DNA from: a virus
DNA: 64,000 nucleotides
Virus record (IMG/VR): IMGVR_UViG_3300020057_001232
Location: 1-64,000 of that record
Direction: 5' to 3' (one strand)
The notes under the pieces are model-generated. The model was not told the origin of the DNA. It did no database searches and was given only the letters and a program-made list of their open reading frames with translations. Below are positions 27,216 through 36,771 of the stretch, piece after piece. Every line of letters starts with the position of its first letter. The stretch's first letter is position 1. A program made the translations under genes and the position numbers.

Positions 27216-27749
27216 ATGACTCATCTATTCGAGGTCCCCTTTATATTGACGTTGGTATCGACGAAGCATTCTGAAAGCAGGCTTCGCCGTGACCGTATGC
27301 GTGGTTACGCCGTAGAGCCGATTCACATCGGCGAGATCTTCGTCTTAGCTGGCTCTGCGGAGGTGGCAGGTGCAGACTACCGCTTCTTCCACACTAGCCC
27401 TGTGATGAAGGTAGACATTGAGAACAACGGATTTGTGCTCCATACGCTTAACAGTGTCTACCGGCTTGAGCCCGAGTTTCCGAACGTGGACATCACGAAA
27501 CTTGACACCTCTTTGGACATCGAGCTAGTTCAAAAAGTTTACGACACTTGCATTATGGCACATGGCACCCGACCGCTTTCGGAAGCGATTGAGGACATGT
27601 TGCTAGCTGAGTACGCAGGAACAGAGCTAGTCAAAGACGACGCTTTCGTTTCCGCCCTCGCAGCTCGTAGTCAACTCTGTGAACAACTCTTCATGCACTC
27701 TATGGCAACGGTTGCTATGGAGCGTGGGTCGAGGGATATGCTTAACTAA
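27216..27749 (+). CDS. Hypothetical protein
   Basis: GGAG RBS; FHTSPV...HTLNSVYRL small phage domain. Confidence 0.5.
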   Translation: MTHLFEVPFILTLVSTKHSESRLRRDRMRGYAVEPIHIGEIFVLAGSAEVAGADYRFFHTSPVMKVDIENNGFVLHTLNSVYRLEPEFPNVDITKLDTSLDIELVQKVYDTCIMAHGTRPLSEAIEDMLLAEYAGTELVKDDAFVSALAARSQLCEQLFMHSMATVAMERGSRDMLN

Positions 27750-27761
27750 GGAGGTTCTAAA

Positions 27762-28007
27762 GTGTTTGTTCTTGCTCGGGAAGACGTAGAGGCGGTCCTC
27801 AATGCACATGCGGTTGAGCCAACTACGGAACTTGTCGATTGGGTTTTTGAGGAAGCTAAGGCTAGGGTTGAAACGAAAGCTTCAGCCTTCGAAACCAAAG
27901 GCTACGACTTAGACGTAGCACTTGCTGAGGTCGAAGACTTCTACTTCGAGCAAAAGGTTTTCTTCGGGAACAAACGCTTTTGGAACCCACAACAAGATGT
28001 GAGTTGA
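27762..28007 (+). CDS. Hypothetical protein
   Basis: AAGGAGG RBS, 81-aa ORF. Confidence 0.55.
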   Translation: MFVLAREDVEAVLNAHAVEPTTELVDWVFEEAKARVETKASAFETKGYDLDVALAEVEDFYFEQKVFFGNKRFWNPQQDVS

Positions 28008-28016
28008 ACCTTTATC

Positions 28017-28411
28017 AAAACCCAGCGTAAAACCCCCGGCTTTAGCCGTGGGGATATAAGCGGGCATTAAACCTAAGATCAATATAGAACGTATTTTCTA
28101 TGATCCTAACCTATAATTTTAGAATTAAAGATTCCTCCACCAGGAAACTTCTTAAAAAGATGGCTTCTGATAAGCACTCAGGGGAGATGTATGAAATTAA
28201 AGAAAGATTTTCCACAGTAACTTGCTCGGCTTGTTTTAAAAAAACAGGTCCGAGTGGACTAAGAAACTGCGGAGTAAGAGAGTGGATATGCATTAATTGT
28301 AACTCTAGCCATGATAGAGATATAAATTCTGCAAAAAATATTCTCCGTTTCGGGCATGAAACGCTTAACTTAAAAGGAATCCCCCGGCTTTAGCCGTGGG
28401 GAGGATGTCAA
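28017..28411 (+). mobile_element. Internally deleted IS200/IS605-family (tnpB) element
   Basis: CCCCCGGCTTTAGCCGTGGGGA palindromes at both ends, 3' end TCAA, AT-rich interior; left boundary approximate. Confidence 0.75.
28100..28393 (+). pseudogene. tnpB: TnpB remnant (N-terminus fused to zinc ribbon / RuvC-III segment)
   Basis: TYNFRIKD joined to E..STVTCSAC...REWICINCNSSHDRDINSAKNIL; only 97 aa. Confidence 0.75.
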
Positions 28412-28807
28412 TAAAGACGGTTGGCTGCAATACTGCCCACCAACGGACTATCAAAAAGGGCACGACGCTGCCGTGCGGGAAGTTGTCGAATATATGCTTG
28501 AGGCAGAGGTCATGATCCCGATTGAAGACTGGATGCAAACAAAGAAACACCTCTCAGCGGTTACCGTGACGGCTCTCGCTGCCCAAATCGAGAAAAGGTT
28601 TTTAGGCATTGAACACAGCGATGAAGAGCTTTAAACGCCCTGCTTAATATTTCAGCATCAGTCAACGGCTGAAGCTTTTCCACGTCATATGTAGCTCTCT
28701 AGCATCATCAAACCGTACCGCTCCAACGGAGCAGTGCGGCTTTCACGTTTGGAATAGCTGTTGCAAGCAGGATCGAGCACAAAATTTCTAATGTAAGGAG
28801 TGCCCCG

Positions 28808-29254
28808 ATGCCTAAAGCACAGACAGCCCAGCAGAAGCTAGCTCCCATCATCGAAGATCTAGTGGATGTTGTTATTGAATTGATCGGTAAGAAGGTAGAG
28901 GAAGTGATCGAAAATGGAGAATTTAGTAGTGGCGGTAGCAGCAGAAGCTCATCAAGTTCTCGGAGGTCTCGAAGCAGTCAGTCTGATGAAGATAGCGGCG
29001 ACGATGATCGCATGGCTGGTGCTCGTGGGAGGGTCAAAGATCCCGAACATGACAGACGCTTGAAGGAAAACAGAGACGATGACGACGACAAGGATGATCG
29101 TCGCCACGAACGCACAGGTCAAGGTCGTGTCAGAGACCCGGAGACGGACAGACGCCTTAAGGGCAACCGGGGGGACGAAGACGATGATGACAGAGGCAGT
29201 TCAAGGAGTTCGTCTAGGAGTAGGGACAGAGAGAGGGAGTCGAGAGCCAACTGA
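28808..29254 (+). CDS. Low-complexity hydrophilic protein with two GRV(K/R)DPE.DRRLK.NR repeats
   Basis: AAGGAG RBS; internal repeat visible in the translation. Confidence 0.6.
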   Translation: MPKAQTAQQKLAPIIEDLVDVVIELIGKKVEEVIENGEFSSGGSSRSSSSSRRSRSSQSDEDSGDDDRMAGARGRVKDPEHDRRLKENRDDDDDKDDRRHERTGQGRVRDPETDRRLKGNRGDEDDDDRGSSRSSSRSRDRERESRAN

Positions 29255-29298
29255 AGAAGAGGACAACGGCTCAGCCGCTTTTCGATCCTGAGCCTTGT

Positions 29299-29553
29299 CT
29301 ACTTACTAGCTGTTAGCTCCCAAATTGCTCTTTTGATTTTCAAGAGCTGCTTTTCGAGGTCGCAGATTTTGGCATCTTGAGCAAGCATATACTCCAAAAC
29401 TTCAGGCATCAAAGCTGTTACGGCTTCGTCTGAGATAGTGCCCGAATTTTTAAGTGCCGCAATCTTAGCTATCATCGCTACAGGCGAGCCGCTCTTTAGC
29501 CTGTAAATTATCGGTTCTTCAGTTGCTTGTTCCGTTTCTTTTTTCTTAGCCAC
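29299..29553 (-). CDS. Hypothetical protein
   Basis: 84-aa ORF with RBS. Confidence 0.45.
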   Translation of the reverse strand: MAKKKETEQATEEPIIYRLKSGSPVAMIAKIAALKNSGTISDEAVTALMPEVLEYMLAQDAKICDLEKQLLKIKRAIWELTASK

Positions 29554-29661
29554 AAATCCCTCAATTCTAAAATAACCACATCCAGCTAAAGCTCATTCCA
29601 ATAAGTCGATGTCCGTGGTAGCTTTTCCTATACCATTACCCATAATAAAGGAGAAGCCCAA

Positions 29662-29952
29662 ATGGCAGAGGCGAAAGTTCTTTCCGATGTTGAAAAACAA
29701 AACGAAGCGATTGTAGATATCTGCCGAGAATTTGCGGTCTTCTTGAAAGGTAAGAATACGAGCTATTCGGGATCGGCATTCAGAGATGTAAGAGTTGGTG
29801 GAAAAGTAATCCCCGCCGACGATGCGATTAATGTAAGAATCGCCGACAAACTCAAGCGGCTTGAAAGCACAGACCCTAACTTCGACGGCGAAGATGCTTG
29901 GAAGGATCTGTGCGGTTATCTAATTATCAAGATGGCTTTGAAGAAACTTTAG
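29662..29952 (+). CDS. DUF1599/Nmad1-like protein
   Basis: KN.SY..S; VRIADKLKRL; D...DL.GY motifs. Confidence 0.7.
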   Translation: MAEAKVLSDVEKQNEAIVDICREFAVFLKGKNTSYSGSAFRDVRVGGKVIPADDAINVRIADKLKRLESTDPNFDGEDAWKDLCGYLIIKMALKKL

Positions 29953-29964
29953 TGGATAACTGGC

Positions 29965-30361
29965 TTAGTGAATGTTGTACCGTTCCATAACGATAAGCAC
30001 TGGCTTGAGCGGCTCCGTTATCTCTCACTTGTACCTGGAGATGTCGTCGGTTGGTAGGTGACGCATTAGTTTCTCCGTTTTGGTCATTAGCGGACTCGGC
30101 GTGCTGAGAGGTTCGCGCTCATGCAGGCTGGCGTTCGGCGGCGAGGAAGTTTTTCCTGGTGCTCCCCTTAGTCAGTCATTTGGGTATTGAGAAACCACTT
30201 ACACGCGAGGCTGACGCCTGACGCGTTGTTCACGTTGATCGTGCCGTTGGTCGTCACTGTGATGTTGTAGTTGACGCCGCCCGCAAGTGCAACCATGCGC
30301 CACCGCCGCCGAACGCAGAGCCGCTAAAGAGCAGAGCGAAAAGTAGGGCTAAGCGTTTCAT
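29965..30361 (-). pseudogene. Collapsed remnants of fibre-like genes
   Basis: RBS plus signal peptide MKRLALLFALLFSGSAFG joined out of frame to a beta-rich C-terminus; a further fragment ends ARRVR*. Confidence 0.4.
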
Positions 30362-30381
30362 AAAAGATATCTCCATGAAAA

Positions 30382-31320
30382 TTATGGACAGGTCGTGACG
30401 GATCGATCAGTGATCGAGGACAAGTTTCCTGCGATGAAGTTGAAGCCAATCCCTGCGGCGCCACCAGTGCAGTTTTTAATAACGATTGCTGATGTCGTCT
30501 TAATGACACGAATCCCGGTCCCTGTATTTCCTATCTGAACAATACCAGATGGGTCAGACAGTTTAGCGCAGGCACCGGTGATTGGACAGAAGACCAGAGC
30601 AGCGTTTCCACCACCGTCATTTGTCGCAAATAGTGCAAAATTATTATTATGTGTGATTGTCACCTGAGTTGCGTTAGCGGCGAATCCGCCACCCATGCCG
30701 CCGTCCAGAGAGCCAGATGCGCGTGCGATAGCTGTGGTATCAGGCGATAAAACCTCTTGGTAGGCGCCCTTCGTGTTTTTCAAGGTGCCGTTGACCGTGT
30801 GTGTCTGCGTTGAGCCCACCGGCCCAAGCGTCACCGCGCCTAAGTTCGACGCAACTATTGCATCCGTAAACAAAGATCCCGCGCCATCGCGAACCTGAAG
30901 CGTAAACTTGCCACCGTTGGAACCGTCCTTGTCGAACAGGATACGACCACGGCGGTTGCTGCCAGCGCCCTGGTCGGTGACGAAGCTAATAACGGAGCTA
31001 GCCGTTGCAGCGGTGCTGGTGTTTGCCAGCCCTAGCAGGTTAGTCGCTGTCGCAACTGGATCGGCGTCCGACTGTGTGACCGCGATGGAGCCGTTTGTCG
31101 TGTGAACCGATGCTGAGCCGCTAGCTCCAAACGTCCAAGCGCCTGGGGCTTCCACCGTTGTCGGCGTAAGCTTCAACACTGGTTTTGGGCTTCCACCTAT
31201 GTTGAGTGTAAAAATCATGTTCTTATTTAAGTTCGGACTGTCGATCAACTTGTCGCCAGGAGCGCCTACGGCGCTCCTGGCTAAAAGCGATGAGAAAAGA
31301 ATAGCTAAAACTTTACGCAT
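30382..31320 (-). CDS. Beta-rich fibre/adhesin-like protein with signal peptide
   Basis: G/T/S/N-rich; repeated G..TFG/LG....Q.H..NG units. Confidence 0.55.
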   Translation of the reverse strand: MRKVLAILFSSLLARSAVGAPGDKLIDSPNLNKNMIFTLNIGGSPKPVLKLTPTTVEAPGAWTFGASGSASVHTTNGSIAVTQSDADPVATATNLLGLANTSTAATASSVISFVTDQGAGSNRRGRILFDKDGSNGGKFTLQVRDGAGSLFTDAIVASNLGAVTLGPVGSTQTHTVNGTLKNTKGAYQEVLSPDTTAIARASGSLDGGMGGGFAANATQVTITHNNNFALFATNDGGGNAALVFCPITGACAKLSDPSGIVQIGNTGTGIRVIKTTSAIVIKNCTGGAAGIGFNFIAGNLSSITDRSVTTCP

Positions 31321-31371
31321 AGATGATCTCCCTAGGGTCTATTAGACTACAGGCAGTTAATCTCTGATTTG

Positions 31372-32532
31372 TTAGTTGTCTTTCGGCAAATCGAGCACAT
31401 ATTGCCAAGCTGGTCTCAGATATTCGACGGTGCGTTGACGGATGCTGTAGGACGGCTGGAAGCCGTTCGCTTGACTGTTTGCTTCAATGACGTAAGCAGG
31501 CTTCTTATACTTTGCGTAGAAGTGGTCGATGGAGGTTCCGTCTGTGGCATAGAGCAGTTCCCAACTTGTTCCAGGCTCGTAAAAACCGTTGCCTGAGTCA
31601 CGTTTGATTTTGCCTGCCATCGTGCGCCCGATCTCTTCAAAGCGACGACCTTGTTCGCCTTCCATGCGAGATCCGTTGCAACCTCTAGGATAGATAACGA
31701 TCTCGCTGAAGGTGTGGATGCTGATGTTGATGTCAGGCTTGATGGTCTCAAAGAGGTTTATCATCGCTTGTGTCTCAGGCTCTGAGCCCGCAGATGGACC
31801 TCTGTAGGTGTCAGAGTTTCGGCTTGTACTAGAACCGTTACAGACTCCCCAATTCTCGACGTAGTTTCTGTTCAAGTCTACGCCGTAGCCACCTCTTGTG
31901 TTCTTACGCCACATGCTTTCGCCTGCCCAAACTTTGGCGTTGCCATCCACGTTGAACATAGGAATGATCCAAATTTCGTTCGTTTGAAGCCACGTCTTTA
32001 CTTTGGGATCTGTTTCGTAATTGGTAAGCAAGTAGTCGATCATGTCGAGTGCGACTTCGGTCGTCATGACTTCACGGGCATGGTGCATGGCGTCAACGAG
32101 CACAACCTTCTTGGTCGAGCTTTTCATGATGACGTTTTCGGAAAGCTTCATTGCCCATATCAAGCGGTTCTCTAAAGAGCTGCCGACGATCACGGGTACG
32201 GCGAGGGCGGGGTAGCGGGAGGCGTAGTCTCTTAAGATGGCAGCCACTTCATCGGGCGTCTTGTATTGACCGTCCGGTGCTGCGAGGATTTGCGTGGAGA
32301 CCACGTTCGGTTCGATTTGATCTTTGAAGTATTGAGTGGCGTTGTCAGGCATCATGACCGAAACGGTCTTGTTTTCAAGGTCAACACCAACTACGTCGAA
32401 GCCTTGACTACGTAGGGATGTAGCCTTTTCTCTGACGCCGCTTTCGGCTTTTACTGTGACGACTGTATCTTTGGGTTGGGAAGAACACGACGCAAGGGCT
32501 AGAAACGAAGTAACCAACAGAGCTAAGCGCAT
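31372..32532 (-). CDS. M14 zinc carboxypeptidase lipoprotein
   Basis: HHARE, WRKN, GVDLNRNY, SEPET and HTFS motifs; lipobox LASC. Confidence 0.88.
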   Translation of the reverse strand: MRLALLVTSFLALASCSSQPKDTVVTVKAESGVREKATSLRSQGFDVVGVDLENKTVSVMMPDNATQYFKDQIEPNVVSTQILAAPDGQYKTPDEVAAILRDYASRYPALAVPVIVGSSLENRLIWAMKLSENVIMKSSTKKVVLVDAMHHAREVMTTEVALDMIDYLLTNYETDPKVKTWLQTNEIWIIPMFNVDGNAKVWAGESMWRKNTRGGYGVDLNRNYVENWGVCNGSSTSRNSDTYRGPSAGSEPETQAMINLFETIKPDINISIHTFSEIVIYPRGCNGSRMEGEQGRRFEEIGRTMAGKIKRDSGNGFYEPGTSWELLYATDGTSIDHFYAKYKKPAYVIEANSQANGFQPSYSIRQRTVEYLRPAWQYVLDLPKDN

Positions 32533-32645
32533 AAGACCTCCGAAGGGGTGAATGCAACTTAATCTGGAGAGTTAGTTGGCTAGCTGGTCAAAAAGAAAAA
32601 GCCTTACTGTGGAGTAAGGCTCTTACGTCGGCTATCAAGAGATAG

Positions 32646-33017
32646 TTACGGCTGTGTCACGGGAGAGATGGCAGGCTCAGCAGCAGTGGTCGCTTCAGCG
32701 GCTTTTTTAGCTGCTTCTTCGGCTGCTTCTTTTTTGCCTTCTTCTTTTGCCTTCGCAAGAGCATCAGCGGAACATGGTTGCGGCTCCTTCGGAGCGAACT
32801 TCGCAACTTTCTTCTTCGGCTTGACCTTGACCGGAGCCTTCTTGGCAACTTCAGGCTTCTTCACTTCGGCTTTTTTTGCCGGAGCTGGAGCAGGCTTCGG
32901 AGCAGGCTTAACTTCTTCAGCTTGGACCGGTTCGTCGGTCTTCGCTTCATCTTGCGTACAGCCACCTAGAGAGAAAGCTAACGCCACAACAGGAACAAGA
33001 ACTGTCTTCAAGAACAT
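32646..33017 (-). CDS. Lys/Ala/Pro-rich lipoprotein
   Basis: Lipobox LGGC; low-complexity body. Confidence 0.55.
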   Translation of the reverse strand: MFLKTVLVPVVALAFSLGGCTQDEAKTDEPVQAEEVKPAPKPAPAPAKKAEVKKPEVAKKAPVKVKPKKKVAKFAPKEPQPCSADALAKAKEEGKKEAAEEAAKKAAEATTAAEPAISPVTQP

Positions 33018-33103
33018 AGAAATGAACTCCTTTGCAAAGTGTAAAAGAGAGGGTAACGTAGCCGTCATTTTCCGTCAACGTGGGAGCTGATAGGAGGTGA
33101 GAA

Positions 33104-33367
33104 TTGTATTGGAAGCTTTACGGAGAACTTAATGCACCGAAAACTTGGGAGGTTTCGGAGGTGGTGAAAAATGAGGCAGGGTCTCTCCTGGGGGAATTTG
33201 AGACCTATAGGGATTGCCGCAAGTGGGTGCTGACAGAGCTTAGATCCCAACGACGCCAACTAGGAAAGTTGATGGAGAAGTGGAGTCAAGTTCCAGAAGA
33301 GTACAAAGAGTTAAGTATCCCGAAGGTTTTTAAACCAGATGTCCTCGTAGAAGCTCAAGTCCCCTAA
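33104..33367 (+). CDS. Hypothetical protein
   Basis: AGGAGG RBS. Confidence 0.45.
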   Translation: MYWKLYGELNAPKTWEVSEVVKNEAGSLLGEFETYRDCRKWVLTELRSQRRQLGKLMEKWSQVPEEYKELSIPKVFKPDVLVEAQVP

Positions 33368-33565
33368 GCTTTTTTCAATGACGGTCTTGTAGACGGCTTT
33401 GATTTTGGCAGCATCGACGTGCGGATAGTCTACACAGACACTCCGCACGGCATCGTCTTTAAAGTTCCTAGTCTCTTTTGCAACTAGTGTAGAAATCTTG
33501 TCAAAAAGACGATCAACACAATGTTGTAAATCATCTTCTATATTTTCCAATTCTTTTTTAGACAT
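33311..33565 (-). CDS. Hypothetical protein
   Basis: ORF with AAGGA RBS. Confidence 0.4.
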   Translation of the reverse strand: MSKKELENIEDDLQHCVDRLFDKISTLVAKETRNFKDDAVRSVCVDYPHVDAAKIKAVYKTVIEKSLGDLSFYEDIWFKNLRDT

Positions 33566-33930
33566 CTTTACTCTCTTCCTTCTTTGTAATTCAACCATTT
33601 AAAATATCGGTGTTTGCACGCAGGACACTGATGACAGAACCCTTGTAGGTCGTAGGTCCACTCCCAGCGGTGTCCACACTTCAAACATAGGTATTTGTCG
33701 GTCTTTTGCTTCACTGACGACCACCAAAAACCCTAGCTAGTCCAAGTATACATATTACCAGTACGATTAGGACGCAGGTCTTTAGCATCGCCACCTCCTA
33801 AACTTTGGTCATCTCACTGTTTTTTTTGAGCTTTGTAAGGGTGTAGCGTGTCTTGTGGAGCAAAGTCAAGAAGTAATCTATACTGGTGGTAAATAACTCA
33901 CAGAGTCGAGATTTAGTCGTGGAGGTGTGG

Positions 33931-34569
33931 ATGTTTGTAATTGACGGTCCTATCACAAACAAGACAGTTAGACGCCTATCACGCTATATCCGCAACCACG
34001 TAGAAGAGATCCTCCACGTTTACCTCAACACCCCAGGTGGCTGCACACGCTCGGCTCTCGCAATATTCGAGATGCTACGAACAATGTCAGAAGCACACGG
34101 TAGAACTGTTGTCGTTCAAGCAGTGGATGAAGTCTTCAGCGCCGGTCTTGTGATCTTCTTAGCGGGTGACCATCGTCTAGCTACGAACTATACAAGATTC
34201 TTGATCCATGAAGTCACGCTCGAAGAGCAACGACGCATGACGGCGAAGACCTACATGGCAACCGCAGGGGACCTCGAAAAAGAAACCGAGATCCTCTACA
34301 ACCTCATAAAGTCCCGCTGCAAGATGACGATGACGACCCTCAAGAAGAAGGTCAAAGCTGCACCTGAGAATGACTACATCTTCGATTGCGATGAAGCATT
34401 CAAGTACGGCATGGTCACACAGAAGGGGTTCGTCTACTTGCCTTCACCTGAAGCGCAAGAGATAGAAATCGAAATGGTCGAAGAACCGGCGTCAACGGCA
34501 GCAGTGACAGAAGTGCCTAAGGCTCCTAAAGAGAAGCCAGCGAAGGCAGCACGGAAGCGCAAGGCTTAA
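33931..34569 (+). CDS. ClpP-like serine protease
   Basis: LNTPGG, FSAG (catalytic Ser), FLIHE (catalytic His), EA..YG.V. Confidence 0.78.
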   Translation: MFVIDGPITNKTVRRLSRYIRNHVEEILHVYLNTPGGCTRSALAIFEMLRTMSEAHGRTVVVQAVDEVFSAGLVIFLAGDHRLATNYTRFLIHEVTLEEQRRMTAKTYMATAGDLEKETEILYNLIKSRCKMTMTTLKKKVKAAPENDYIFDCDEAFKYGMVTQKGFVYLPSPEAQEIEIEMVEEPASTAAVTEVPKAPKEKPAKAARKRKA

Positions 34570-36164
34570 TAGCTGTTGTTGCTCATGAACGATTCCCAAG
34601 CCGATTCCTCATCGTAATCGTTGAGGTCGTTTGGTCCGCTGTAGAGAAACGAGTTTCTTACGCTTGAGAAGTAGTACGAGTTAAGATCATTGTCTTCTTC
34701 TGTCATCTCGCCACTTGCGTAAGCTTTCAAGAAGTCCTTTTCAGAAATTGTCACGTAGATTGTTGCGTCGAAAAGGTGTTCGGCGTCATCCCAATTTACA
34801 TCTAGAACGTCATCGTGTTCCTCAAACGTAGGGTGAGTCATCTCTTTCTGAATGTGCTTATAGAGAGCGCTTTGAGCGCCGGACTCGCAACCGGAGGCTA
34901 CGGCACTATTGAGGTCGCCTTTCAAGTCATCAAGATTGCCGTCTTCAAGCTGTTCAGAGATTGCCGATAGCATACCTTTGACGTTGCTTTTCTCGATGGC
35001 GTCTACGAGCGCTTCAGCATCTTCAAGGTCAGCCGAAACTTTCTTTGCGAACTCTTTAAAGGCTCCTGGGTTCTTTTTAGAAAAAAAGTCTAGAATGTCC
35101 CAACGCTCGCTGTCGCCGAAAGACCCATAATCGACGTGGATCAAGTCGTGCTCGTCAAGGCGTTCGATATCGCTCACCAAGTCTGGAGACAATTCTTTGC
35201 CGAACTCGATGAGGTTCTTCCATTCATCAATAATGATCGAACCGTTCGGGCGGGTACCTTTTGCACCGCACTCTTTCAATACCTTCTCTTTGTTGTTACG
35301 GTAGTAGGTAACAAGATCAAGCTCGGGTTTCTTCTCGTAGAGATCTGCACGGTCTTCGTCGGTGAGGTCGCTTAAGGCAAAGTTCTTCTTCGCCTCGTAG
35401 CCGCCACCTTTGATGCCTTCTATATCGTCCTGCAATAAGAGTTCTTTAATGTAGGGATGAAGCTTCTTGTCGGGCTTTTCGTTTGCAAAGCCCTTCATCT
35501 CGCCGAGGCGACCCTCGTTTAGAATAAAGGTTGCGTGTGGCTTCCAAAGAGTTTCTTTGCCCTTTTTGACAGGCTCTCTCAAGGATAAGATTTCGTCCCC
35601 AGGCTTAACGGACGGTACGTTTCCGCAGTGACGCATCGACGCACCTTCTTTACTGCATGATCCGGCAGGAAGGAGTTGCCACTCCCAACCGTCCGGGAAC
35701 TTCACGAAGGTCTTGACGCCTTCTTCCTTTTCAAGGAGACGCTTTTCTTCTTTCTTTTTTTCTACGCTTGTTTGTTCAAAGTGCCTAAGCTTGGCGATGA
35801 GATCTTCATGCGAGATGTCAGAAGGGAACTTGAAGTTTAGTACGTCAGTGAAATTGTTAGTTTCGGCATTGCTGACGAAGTGAGCAAGCTCCCTGCGGAG
35901 GTGTACCGTTTGACTCTCTGTTTTTTTACGGCTTTTGGTTTCAAGGAGATATTTCTTAAACTGGCGTAAGAACCACATCACGCGGTCTTCCCGCTTCAGC
36001 ACGTCGGATGCCCATTTGACGACGACCTTGCAGGAATCCAAAAGGCTTTGATCGGCAGTGAAGTCTTGGACGACGCCTTGCTTGTCTAAGTTTTTAAACA
36101 TCTCTAAGTAACGACCGGTTCTACTAGCCGTTACGATGGTGTATTTACTTTTTACTACCCGCAT
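34566..36164 (-). CDS. PcfJ-like domain protein, paralog of 21473-22954
   Basis: EGASMRHCGN...ILSLREP...EMKGFANEKP. Confidence 0.6.
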   Translation of the reverse strand: MRVVKSKYTIVTASRTGRYLEMFKNLDKQGVVQDFTADQSLLDSCKVVVKWASDVLKREDRVMWFLRQFKKYLLETKSRKKTESQTVHLRRELAHFVSNAETNNFTDVLNFKFPSDISHEDLIAKLRHFEQTSVEKKKEEKRLLEKEEGVKTFVKFPDGWEWQLLPAGSCSKEGASMRHCGNVPSVKPGDEILSLREPVKKGKETLWKPHATFILNEGRLGEMKGFANEKPDKKLHPYIKELLLQDDIEGIKGGGYEAKKNFALSDLTDEDRADLYEKKPELDLVTYYRNNKEKVLKECGAKGTRPNGSIIIDEWKNLIEFGKELSPDLVSDIERLDEHDLIHVDYGSFGDSERWDILDFFSKKNPGAFKEFAKKVSADLEDAEALVDAIEKSNVKGMLSAISEQLEDGNLDDLKGDLNSAVASGCESGAQSALYKHIQKEMTHPTFEEHDDVLDVNWDDAEHLFDATIYVTISEKDFLKAYASGEMTEEDNDLNSYYFSSVRNSFLYSGPNDLNDYDEESAWESFMSNNSY

Positions 36165-36504
36165 TACCTATCCTTAAAAGCCTAAGACCCATTTTAGAAA
36201 GGACTTCAAAGTGAAGGCGACAAGTGCTTCGACAAACATCTGAACAAAAAACATACATCTTCCCCCTACGTCTTATAAGGTTGATTTCTTTTGAAAGAAA
36301 CACCTAATGTTTCCCCTAACAAATCTTGCACGCACTACGTCTCCACGTTTAACTGCTAAGGCAAGTAGCGATCCAAGTACAATGGCAGGGTTGTACAAGA
36401 AATATCGGTGTCATTATCGCAAGATTAAACTCAGCGAAAGACTTTTTACGACATTAAATACCCACTCTATCTTGTGGGGAGCTGCGGACAGATTCGGAGG
36501 TTTG

Positions 36505-36732
36505 ATGAAATTTTCAGCGAAAGTTACTCAAGTGCGTGGGGAGAGTAAGCAACTGACGCAACTTCTGGACGCCATTGATACTAAATACGCAGCCAGTTAT
36601 ATTAGCGAGAAAATGGCGGACCTGTTTGATGATTTCGCCTCTGAACACCAAGACATTTGGGATGCTCTCACCGAAGATGAGCAGCAGAAAGTTCGGGAGG
36701 AGTACAACAACGACCTCAAGGACAGGTTGTAA
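36505..36732 (+). CDS. Hypothetical protein
   Basis: GGAGG RBS before ATG at 36505. Confidence 0.45.
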   Translation: MKFSAKVTQVRGESKQLTQLLDAIDTKYAASYISEKMADLFDDFASEHQDIWDALTEDEQQKVREEYNNDLKDRL

Positions 36733-36771
36733 AGCAGCCTGAGGGGACTCCTTAATAACAGATTAGATGGC

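Noticed and set aside
29587-29612. Fifth sigma28 promoter (TAAA...GTCGATGT)
   Set aside because: 14-nt spacer and mismatched -10 element; too weak to call
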